NCBI GenBank assembly: GCA_026395435.1
Contig: JAPLYT010000003.1
Location: 68,024-132,023 of the forward strand
Reading direction: 5' to 3'
Source: Candidatus Saccharimonadota bacterium
GTDB lineage: Bacteria; Patescibacteriota; Saccharimonadia; Saccharimonadales; AWTP1-31
Length of the DNA: 64,000 bases
Of the stretch, positions 53,402 through 60,202 are shown in pieces. The position numbers and the translations under genes were made by a program. The notes under the pieces are model-generated. The model had not been told where the DNA came from and did no database searches. It was given only the letters and a program-made list of their open reading frames with translations. How positions within the stretch are numbered: the stretch's first letter is position 1; each line of letters opens with the position of its first letter.

Positions 53402-54076
53402 ATGAACATACTTGAGTCACTTATATCGGTCGTTGCTCCGCATGATTGTATCGGGTGCGGGCACCAAAGTACGCTATTGTGCTCGCGTTGCCTGTCATTG
53501 TTCAGTATCGCCTCTCCGGAACGCTGCGGTCTCTGCGGAGGACAAAGTGACGAAAATAAAACGTGTTCAGTATGTACGAGATCTTCATATTGCCACAGGA
53601 TTAGTATTCACAGGCCGTATGCCGGCATAGCCAAAAAACTCGTGAAGAGGCTCAAGTATCGTAATGCGAGAGCGGCAGCTAAAGTGATAGCAGAACAGAT
53701 GAAACTGTTTCCAAGTCAAATACACGGACATACTGTTATCGTTCCCGTCCCTACCGCCACGTCTCGTGTTCGCCAGCGAGGGTATGATCAGTCGGTACTG
53801 ATCGCTCGACATTTGGGCAAGCGCTACGACCTGAAAGTGTCAGAATTACTTGTTCGACATGGACAATCACGACAAGTAGGATCCAAAAGAGACCAAAGAG
53901 TTGTTCAACTAGCTGAAGCCTATACTGTCCGAAATCAAATCCACGTAGTAGGATCGCATATAATTCTGGTGGATGATGTTATGACCACGGGGACCACAAT
54001 AGAGGCTGCCGCTCGTGTTCTCAAGAAAGCCGGTGCCCGAACGGTAGACGCCTGCGTCTTTGCTCGAGCTGAATAA
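53402..54076 (+). CDS. comFC: ComF-family protein (phosphoribosyltransferase-like competence protein ComFC)
   Basis: Start set at MNILESL. N-terminal 4-Cys cluster (CIGCG...CSRC), and a C-terminal PRTase motif ILVDDVMTTGTT. Confidence 0.8.
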   Translation: MNILESLISVVAPHDCIGCGHQSTLLCSRCLSLFSIASPERCGLCGGQSDENKTCSVCTRSSYCHRISIHRPYAGIAKKLVKRLKYRNARAAAKVIAEQMKLFPSQIHGHTVIVPVPTATSRVRQRGYDQSVLIARHLGKRYDLKVSELLVRHGQSRQVGSKRDQRVVQLAEAYTVRNQIHVVGSHIILVDDVMTTGTTIEAAARVLKKAGARTVDACVFARAE

Positions 54077-54077
54077 T

Positions 54078-54106
54078 TTGAAACACTTCCAGATAAATGC
54101 TATAAT
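54078..54106 (+). promoter_or_regulatory. Near-consensus sigma70 promoter for tRNA-Ser(UGA)
   Basis: TTGAAA (54078-54083), 17 nt spacer, TATAAT (54101-54106), 12 nt upstream of the tRNA 5' end. Confidence 0.6.
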
Positions 54107-54118
54107 CACCCCTGTTAT

Positions 54119-54211
<93 letters not shown>

Positions 54212-54223
54212 AAAGAAATAACC

Positions 54224-54586
54224 ATGTCCAAAGCAACTCTTCCCAATAGCAAGTCACGTAGGCAATTTGCAGTCTATCTTCTGACGGCCTACTTTATTAC
54301 GTACTTTATAGAACGATCGGCCGCAAATAAAGGCGATAGTAAGCTCTTTCAGGCATCTAACTGGCCGATACGATTTCTCCTTTGGTACGGCTTTTTGTTT
54401 ACCATTATGTATCTGGTTTTCAGATATAGATCGCTCAAAACCATACTTCTCTGGGGCATACTCATCGGCATAGTTATTGAATTGGTATTGTTTAGAGGAT
54501 TTTTCTTAGTAAGCGACATTGGCTATGGGTTAATGTTTGTCGTCCCTTTCTGGGTCGCACGAAAGTTCGTGAAGTATAAGAGTTAG
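54224..54586 (+). CDS. Small hypothetical membrane protein
   Basis: Start set at MSKATLPNS (ATG 54224); the track ORF's N-terminus is read-through of the tRNA. About 3-4 TM helices. Confidence 0.55.
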   Translation: MSKATLPNSKSRRQFAVYLLTAYFITYFIERSAANKGDSKLFQASNWPIRFLLWYGFLFTIMYLVFRYRSLKTILLWGILIGIVIELVLFRGFFLVSDIGYGLMFVVPFWVARKFVKYKS

Positions 54587-54733
54587 TGGTGGGAGACAAG
54601 ATAACCTCACGACTACTCCCATACTCAAAATAAGTTGCTGCGCTTGGGCTTGTATATCAAACCTTACGGTTCTCGCATTCTTGCAGAATGCTACCAAGTA
54701 AAAGGCCCCAGCTATGCTGAGGCCTCTTACTTG

Positions 54734-54820
54734 GTGTACCCGACAGGATGCGCTTCGCTTGCACGGACTTCACTTTTCGGTGCAAGCACCTGCACGTTCA
54801 GTCCTGTACGAACCTACGAC
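54734..54820 (-). pseudogene. Degenerate duplicate of the tRNA-Arg 3' half, interrupted in the T-loop by a ~57-nt hairpin element
   Basis: 18-nt tggtgtacccgacaggat (54734-54751) is identical to 54917-54934, the 3' end of the intact tRNA-Arg. The 12-nt cgaacctacgac (54809-54820) matches 54934-54945. No matching 5' half could be folded. Confidence 0.6.
54746..54801 (+). repeat. ~57-nt hairpin-forming repeat, copy A
   Basis: ggatgcgcttcgcttgcacggacttcacttttcggtgcaagcacctgcacgttcag. Internal 8-bp stem gcttgcac/gtgcaagc. About 86 percent identical to the reverse complement of 56420-56475. Confidence 0.75.
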
Positions 54821-54915
54821 TATCATATTTTGCTAAAGCAAAATCTGCGTCGTAAGTTCAGAACCGTGCACATGTACCAATAAAAAAATCCCAGTTTGCA
54901 CTGAGATTGTTTTAT

Positions 54916-54992
54916 TGGTGTACCCGACAGGATTCGAACCTACGACCTTTGGCTCCGCAAGCCAACGCTCTATCCAGCTGAGCTACGGGTAC
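54916..54992 (-). tRNA. tRNA-Arg (anticodon GCG by hand fold), CCA encoded
   Basis: Minus-strand RNA: GTACCCG TA GCTC AGCTGGATA GAGC G TTGGC TTGCGGA GCCAA AGGTC GTAGG TTCGAAT CCTGT CGGGTAC A CCA. U33 and G37 are present. Confidence 0.8.
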
Positions 54993-55065
54993 ATATTTGC
55001 TATAAATATGCTTACAACAGGGGTAATTCTAGCATGAAATAGTTGAAATTGCTAGATCCTTAATG

Positions 55066-55692
55066 CTAGAAGCGGATTCGGTGCATGAGTCGATCGATGT
55101 TGTCGAGTTGTTTTTCTTCGTATGGTAAAAATTCACCCAAGAAATCAACGATTTGTTGGCCTTCTTGTGGGGAGAAGTAAATGCTAAGTCCAGGCATGAA
55201 TCGTTGCATGGGCATGAACCAAATTGATTCTATTCCCTCTTCTTGAACGATCGAAAATGATTTGAAGCTAGCGAAATTGTACATTTTTTTATCGACTTGA
55301 ACTCCTTGTTCATCGATTCGGTACGGTAATTCACGTGGCTTCCTGGAGCCCATAATGCCAAAAAGTAAGGCGACGATGACAATCATGACGGTTGTGACAA
55401 TATCGGTTAGGAAGAAAGCCGCAACGGCTATAACGGCCGTAATCCCGATTAACATAAAATACCAGCCCGTAGTTTTACTGTGAGCGATAAATTCAGATGC
55501 CGTCCAGGCAATTGAATCATCATCTTCTTGTGCTTCCACTTGAGCAGGTTCACTTCGAGGGGCGGGCGTAGGCGTTGGAGTGGGCGCAGGAACCGGGGCT
55601 TGTGGCACGGGACTTGTCGGAGGCGTCTGTTGAGGAGCCTGACCTGGCTGGAAAACGACTGGTTGTGGAACTTGACCCTCTTGCATAAGCAT
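55066..55692 (-). CDS. Hypothetical membrane protein with Pro/Gln-rich N-terminus
   Basis: Start set at MLMQEGQ (ATG 55692); the longer track ORF runs antisense through tRNA-Ser. Two TM helices are followed by a ~100-aa C-terminal domain. Confidence 0.6.
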   Translation of the reverse strand: MLMQEGQVPQPVVFQPGQAPQQTPPTSPVPQAPVPAPTPTPTPAPRSEPAQVEAQEDDDSIAWTASEFIAHSKTTGWYFMLIGITAVIAVAAFFLTDIVTTVMIVIVALLFGIMGSRKPRELPYRIDEQGVQVDKKMYNFASFKSFSIVQEEGIESIWFMPMQRFMPGLSIYFSPQEGQQIVDFLGEFLPYEEKQLDNIDRLMHRIRF

Positions 55693-55842
55693 ATTGTACC
55701 GAAAGGTTGGATTGCTTTCTAGTGTAAAGTCGAAAGCGATTCTAGGATATATTACGAAAACCATGACGATCTGGGCATTTAATGATATAATTGACCTCTG
55801 TTGAAGTGGTTGTAGGAATACCTCGACGAACATCGACAATGC

Positions 55843-55935
55843 GGAGGGGTACCCAAGTGGCTTAAGGGGACGGTTTGCTAAATCGTTAGTGGGGCGCAAG
55901 TTCCAGCGAGGGTTCGAATCCCTCCTCCTCCGCCA
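55843..55935 (+). tRNA. tRNA-Ser (anticodon GCU), CCA encoded
   Basis: Acceptor GGAGGGG/CTCCTCC (one G-U pair), anticodon loop TTGCTAA, long variable arm, T-arm GAGGG-TTCGAAT-CCCTC. Confidence 0.85.
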
Positions 55936-55942
55936 AATAAAC

Positions 55943-55968
55943 AATCCAGGTTATCACCTGGATTTTTT
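55943..55968 (+). terminator. Rho-independent terminator after tRNA-Ser(GCU)
   Basis: 9-bp stem AATCCAGGT/ACCTGGATT, loop TATC, then a T-run. Confidence 0.75.
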
Positions 55969-56157
55969 ATTTGGCCTCGTCGAATGGGATTTGAACCCGA
56001 GCATCCAAGCGAAGCTTGGATTAAGCGAGGGTTCGGTCGTCAAGCCAGGGCGCAAGAATTTATTCTGAGCACTGGTGCAGACGTGAGACTTCCCTCCTCG
56101 TCTCAAGAGTGAGCGGTTCGACCTTGCGTTCCGTATCTGTTAGAATGCTATTATCAT

Positions 56158-56247
56158 GGAAGGGTGTCCGAGTGGTTGAAGGAGCTGCTCTCGAAAAGCA
56201 GTATGCCGGCAACGGTATCGAGGGTTCGAATCCCTCCTCTTCCGCCA
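56158..56247 (+). tRNA. tRNA-Ser (anticodon CGA), CCA encoded
   Basis: Acceptor GGAAGGG/CTCTTCC (one G-U pair), anticodon arm CTGCT-CTCGAAA-AGCAG, long variable arm, T-arm GAGGG-TTCGAAT-CCCTC. Possible promoter: TTCGAC, 18 nt spacer, TAGAAT (56120-56149). Confidence 0.85.
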
Positions 56248-56257
56248 AATTAAAAAC

Positions 56258-56280
56258 CCAGGCAACTGCCTGGTTTTTTT
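56258..56280 (+). terminator. Rho-independent terminator after tRNA-Ser(CGA)
   Basis: Stem CCAGGC/GCCTGG, loop AACT, then TTTTTTT. Confidence 0.75.
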
Positions 56281-56419
56281 AATTTGGCTGCATCGGAGGA
56301 TACGAACCCGAAGGGTTCGGCGCATGAGGAGCGCAGAACAAATAGGTTCTTGAATCTATTTGTCGAGCACCGTAAGGAGGATGAAAATACGTTAGTATTT
56401 TCAGATATCCCCCCCTCTT

Positions 56420-56475
56420 CCGAACGTGCAGGAGCTTGCTCCGATTAAGTGAAATCCGTGCAAGCGAAGCTCATC
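56420..56475 (-). repeat. ~57-nt hairpin-forming repeat, copy B (inverted relative to copy A)
   Basis: The reverse complement reads ggatgagcttcgcttgcacggatttcacttaatcggagcaagctcctgcacgttcgg. It aligns with copy A with ~7 substitutions and a 1-nt indel. Confidence 0.75.
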
Positions 56476-56497
56476 CCTCCTTCAAACAAAAATCATA

Positions 56498-57658
56498 CTA
56501 TTTGTATTCAGAGTCTTGGGTAGGTTTTATTATGGTGGTGTCTTTTATGTTTACGAGTTGAGGTTTGGGCGGTTGTTTTATGGTTGGCGCAGTTTTTGGC
56601 TCTGGAGATTTAATTGGTTTTGCTTCGGGCTTTGGTGTTGGTGCTGGTTCGGGTTTTGGCTTTGGTACTTCATGTATTTTCTTGGGTTCATGCAATTTTC
56701 TATTGATGAATAGAACAATTACGACAATAAACCCAATGACTATAGGGATAAGAGCATACGAAATGCCTGTTCGGAGTAGGTCATCCCTTACCGTCATATG
56801 AAGTTCATGGATACTGTTACGAGCGGTAAGATTTGTGATTGATTCATAGATTTTGTCTTCAGCCTGTACGAGTAAAAGAGTGCAGAGCCAAAGGATACTG
56901 ATGGTAAATAAACCTGTTGAGACCAGTAACCGACCTAATTTTGAAGTACCATTCTTTTTCGACTCTGACGTTAGAATTACCCCTGCACCGGCGATCAAAA
57001 CAAGAATGCTAAAAGCAATCGGAATGAGACGAACAGAGCGATAAGCTTTAGGTATTGTTGAATCGGCATTCTTAACTACAACGATTGAGCCGTCCTTTAT
57101 GTTTTCGGAGGTAAATATACCGCTGTCGTCAATTACCTGGTCGATATAATTTTTAAGCGCTTCATGGGTTGGTAGCGCGCCCACCTTGCAGTTGATTGTA
57201 AGAAGATCAGAGCTGGACGGTAACGTTCTAGGGGCGCACGCCGGAAGTGCCTCGTACCGTGTATATATCAAATCTTCTAAATGCTGAGTAAAATCCTTGC
57301 GGATTGGCTCAACAGGAATTACGAGTCGTAGATCTTTAGTCATACCATTGAGCCAATTAAATCCTGAATCTATGAGACTTTCGGAGGTACTGCTCAGAAA
57401 TTTTGGCGAGAGAGTCTTGAGGGTAGCCTGCTTAACGAGCGGGCTATTAATGGGGTCGCTCGACTGACTGCTTTTCGTTTCTTTACTGATTTTGTCAGTG
57501 ATTAGCTCGGGAGCAGAAGTGTATGCGCCACTGCCGGACAGCCAATGCTTAAGATGTGATGAAGTGATAAGAGCACAGACTGTCGCCATAAGGATAGCCA
57601 GCACCAACGCCGTTATAATCACAAATTGACTGACAGCTGAACCAAATTTTTTAAACAT
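56498..57658 (-). CDS. Hypothetical membrane protein with Pro/Lys-rich C-terminal tail
   Basis: 386 aa. N-terminal TM, a ~200-aa external domain, three TM helices, then the tail PKPKPEPAPTPKPEAKPIKSPEPKTAPTIKQPPKPQ. Confidence 0.6.
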   Translation of the reverse strand: MFKKFGSAVSQFVIITALVLAILMATVCALITSSHLKHWLSGSGAYTSAPELITDKISKETKSSQSSDPINSPLVKQATLKTLSPKFLSSTSESLIDSGFNWLNGMTKDLRLVIPVEPIRKDFTQHLEDLIYTRYEALPACAPRTLPSSSDLLTINCKVGALPTHEALKNYIDQVIDDSGIFTSENIKDGSIVVVKNADSTIPKAYRSVRLIPIAFSILVLIAGAGVILTSESKKNGTSKLGRLLVSTGLFTISILWLCTLLLVQAEDKIYESITNLTARNSIHELHMTVRDDLLRTGISYALIPIVIGFIVVIVLFINRKLHEPKKIHEVPKPKPEPAPTPKPEAKPIKSPEPKTAPTIKQPPKPQLVNIKDTTIIKPTQDSEYK

Positions 57659-57717
57659 ATGCCTATTGTAGTATGCCGAGAGTGATTGCGCACCTACTTC
57701 GGCGTATACTAATACTC

Positions 57718-58125
57718 ATGAACGAAACCAAAGAAGATTCAATATTCACAAAAATAATCCATGGCGACATCCCCTGCCATAAAATTTATGAGGATGAACG
57801 GACGATAGCCTTCCTCGATATTTACCCTGTTCAAGAGGGCCAGGTGGTTATCGCCACAAAAGTTCAGGTGGCAAACTTCCTCGATCTTGAACCAGAAGAT
57901 TCAGCCGCTTTGTGGCATGCGATCAATCTGGTCGGAGCGAAACTCCGCGCTGAATTCCCTTCCAAGAAACGTATTGGCCTGATGATCGAAGGGCTTGATG
58001 TAGATCATGCTCATGCCAAGCTCTTTCCCATAGATACCGGAGATGAGTTTCGGGCAGAGCCGCCAACATCTGAACCAGACCATGAGGCACTTGCAGTTTT
58101 GGCCAAAAAACTCATGTTATACTAA
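57718..58125 (+). CDS. HIT-family (histidine triad) protein with variant triad
   Basis: Start set at MNETKEDSIFTKIIHGDIPCHKIYEDE (ATG 57718), a typical Hint N-terminus. The triad region reads VDHAHAKLFP, i.e. H-x-H-x-K instead of H-x-H-x-H. Confidence 0.78.
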   Translation: MNETKEDSIFTKIIHGDIPCHKIYEDERTIAFLDIYPVQEGQVVIATKVQVANFLDLEPEDSAALWHAINLVGAKLRAEFPSKKRIGLMIEGLDVDHAHAKLFPIDTGDEFRAEPPTSEPDHEALAVLAKKLMLY

Positions 58126-58130
58126 AGCTC

Positions 58131-58301
58131 ATGAGCAACTTTCTTCTTTCTTTGTTATTCAGCCTAGGTGTCGGCGCTTGGGTATACGGAAAATCACAGC
58201 GTCGTAATGGTGGCCTCACGCAGCAGTCGCTCGTGGCGGCCGGCATCGTTGGCTTTATGGCTTTCATCGTCTTTTTTACGGTCGTAGTTACCATACTCTA
58301 G
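58131..58301 (+). CDS. Small two-TM membrane protein (56 aa)
   Basis: Below the track cutoff. Own translation: MSNFLLSLLFSLGVGAWVYGKSQRRNGGLTQQSLVAAGIVGFMAFIVFFTVVVTIL. Two hydrophobic helices are separated by a basic loop. The antisense track ORF 58112-58294 is probably its shadow. Confidence 0.45.
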   Translation: MSNFLLSLLFSLGVGAWVYGKSQRRNGGLTQQSLVAAGIVGFMAFIVFFTVVVTIL

Positions 58302-58354
58302 CCACTTAATACTATTTTCTAGTAAAAATCGTTAAAAATTAGTATCATTAGGCT

Positions 58355-59215
58355 ATGAATCAATCGGGTGGTGTCGGACTTGAGAAGTCCTTAGGGTTAA
58401 CGTTGCAACGAGCACGGCAAAAAGCGGGGCTTACTCAGCAGGCGATGTGCCAACGTGCCGGACTTAGCTACTCGACGCTGGCCAAAATTGAGCGAGGCGC
58501 CATCAAATCACCTTCCATTTTCACCATTAAACAGATAGCGGAAGTATTAGGCTCATCACTCGATGACCTCGTCGGTAGCGTTAACGGACGGGCAGATACT
58601 AAGAAGACCACCAAAAGCGGCGTGCGCTTTGTATATTTTGACATCAACGGTTGTTTGGTGCGCTTTTTTCACCGAGCTTTTACCGCCATGGCCGCCGATA
58701 CAGGCGTCTCACCCGACACTATCGAAACAGCATTCTGGCAGTATAACGATGCAATATGTACTGGTGAGATGACCACACAAGAATTTAATCGAAAACTCGC
58801 TAAAGATCTCGGCATTGAGTCACTCGACTGGGAGAAATACTATCTCGACGCCGTAGACCCGATCCCTGAAATGCATGATTTGGTACGATGGGCCGCCGAA
58901 AACTATTCGATTGGCTTACTGAGCAATATTGGTAGTGGATTTATCGACATTATGATCAAGGCCGGCCTATTGCCTGACGTCGCCTATGACGCCATTGTCG
59001 ATTCGTCAAAAGTGGGCGTTATAAAACCAAGTCCGAAGATTTACGAGATTGCCGAAGCAATGGCCGGCGTGCCAGGCAATGAGATACTCCTGATAGACGA
59101 TACGAGAGCCAACCTGATCCCCGCAGGGCACGCTGGTTGGCATGTAATGTGGTTTAACGACTACGATTCCGAAGAATCTACTAAACGCGTTCGTACGGCC
59201 TTAGAACCAGCCTAG
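58355..59215 (+). CDS. Fusion protein: N-terminal XRE-type HTH domain plus C-terminal HAD-superfamily hydrolase domain
   Basis: 286 aa. LQRARQKAGLTQQAMCQRAGLSYSTLAKIERG is an HTH_3 pattern. Then YFDINGCLV (HAD motif I variant), LLSNIG, KPSPKIYE and LIDDTRANL. Confidence 0.72.
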   Translation: MNQSGGVGLEKSLGLTLQRARQKAGLTQQAMCQRAGLSYSTLAKIERGAIKSPSIFTIKQIAEVLGSSLDDLVGSVNGRADTKKTTKSGVRFVYFDINGCLVRFFHRAFTAMAADTGVSPDTIETAFWQYNDAICTGEMTTQEFNRKLAKDLGIESLDWEKYYLDAVDPIPEMHDLVRWAAENYSIGLLSNIGSGFIDIMIKAGLLPDVAYDAIVDSSKVGVIKPSPKIYEIAEAMAGVPGNEILLIDDTRANLIPAGHAGWHVMWFNDYDSEESTKRVRTALEPA

Positions 59216-59217
59216 TA

Positions 59218-60165
59218 TTAGCGAAAATCTTTCAACTTATCAGCGAGATCGGAATTCAGTATCTTAGCTATGGCTCTTTTTTGGATTTGACGAATACCAA
59301 ACTCCGAACGTCCTAGTTCAGTAGCTGCCTGACTGACCGTTACACTAAACTCCCCAAGATAACGGAGCTGTAAAACACGCTGCTCAATTTTTGATAATGG
59401 TGACGACTCATCGCTGAGTACGGCAATGATTTGATCGACTGTAACTTCTTGGATGCTATGATTATGCGAAGAGTCATCCGCGACATCAAGAGGGCTCGTC
59501 ATATTCATTTGATCTGTCTGATCAGATCCGTCATTAGTGGCGGGCACATCGATCGAAGTAAGGGCCATAACCCGACCTACGTTAGTTCTATTACGAGCTA
59601 CTTTTTCGGCGGTTATACCGAGGGCGTGGGCGACGCTGTCGTCGCTTGGCAAGGTGCCCGTCTCTTCACGTAATTCCTGAACGGTATCGGCAATGAGCGC
59701 TGATCGATCGAGGGCACTATCGGGAAGATATATGGTCGACCCTTTATTGCTGATATATCTTCGGACATAGCCTCGCATGTTTTTATAGGCAAGTGGAAAG
59801 AACCGGTCATTTCTATTTTTGTCCCAAACCAACGCACTATAGAAAAGTCCAAAATGAGCTTCCTGCATCAAATCCGACGGATCAATATTGGGCATATTTT
59901 TGACAAAATTGGCGTATCGTCCAGTTATCGATTCTGCTCCAGCGATGTTTGCTCTCCAAAGATTCTCTAAAGCATCGGTTGCATCTGGCGTGAGGCTACC
60001 ATCGATGGGGCTGACGTTGTCGTCTTCATTTGGAGTGAACCCGGCCTGAACCCGATCAGTCATGGCGATATCAAATTCTCGCTGATCTGCGTCGGCTATT
60101 TCGTACTTATGAAGACGCTCCAAAGGGCTTTGCATCATATAATTATATAATAAATTAGAGAACAA
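59218..60165 (-). CDS. Sigma-70 family RNA polymerase sigma factor
   Basis: 315 aa. Region-2-like DLMQEAHFGLFYSALVWD...RFFPLAYKNMRGYVRRYI, and region-4 HTH LSKIEQRVLQLRYLGEFSVTVSQAATELGRSEFGIRQIQKRAIAKI. Exact start uncertain. Confidence 0.75.
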   Translation of the reverse strand: MFSNLLYNYMMQSPLERLHKYEIADADQREFDIAMTDRVQAGFTPNEDDNVSPIDGSLTPDATDALENLWRANIAGAESITGRYANFVKNMPNIDPSDLMQEAHFGLFYSALVWDKNRNDRFFPLAYKNMRGYVRRYISNKGSTIYLPDSALDRSALIADTVQELREETGTLPSDDSVAHALGITAEKVARNRTNVGRVMALTSIDVPATNDGSDQTDQMNMTSPLDVADDSSHNHSIQEVTVDQIIAVLSDESSPLSKIEQRVLQLRYLGEFSVTVSQAATELGRSEFGIRQIQKRAIAKILNSDLADKLKDFR

Positions 60166-60202
60166 TGCAAATATGCAACTCAGCTACGCTATGTTTGACG
60201 CG

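Noticed and set aside
54635-54883. 82-codon plus-strand ORF.
   Set aside because: It runs through the tRNA-Arg 3'-end duplicate and the 57-nt hairpin repeat. It has a TTG start and no coding features.
55693-55944. N-terminal 84-codon extension of the 55066-55944 ORF. The same applies to the 54125 start of the 54125-54586 ORF and to ORFs 56060-56248 and 56140-56325.
   Set aside because: These segments are translations of tRNA-Ser genes or their antisense strands (recurrent RRDSNPR / GFEPS peptides). The CDS starts were moved downstream, and the two small ORFs were dropped.
55976-56150. Possible RNase P RNA or tmRNA on the minus strand. GAGGAGGGAAGTCTCAC resembles the GAGGAAAGTCC motif, and there is a T-loop plus GCCA end.
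   Set aside because: Only ~175 nt are available between two plus-strand tRNA genes, which is far too short. No tag-peptide reading frame, no G3-U70 acceptor and no other RNase P conserved regions could be found.
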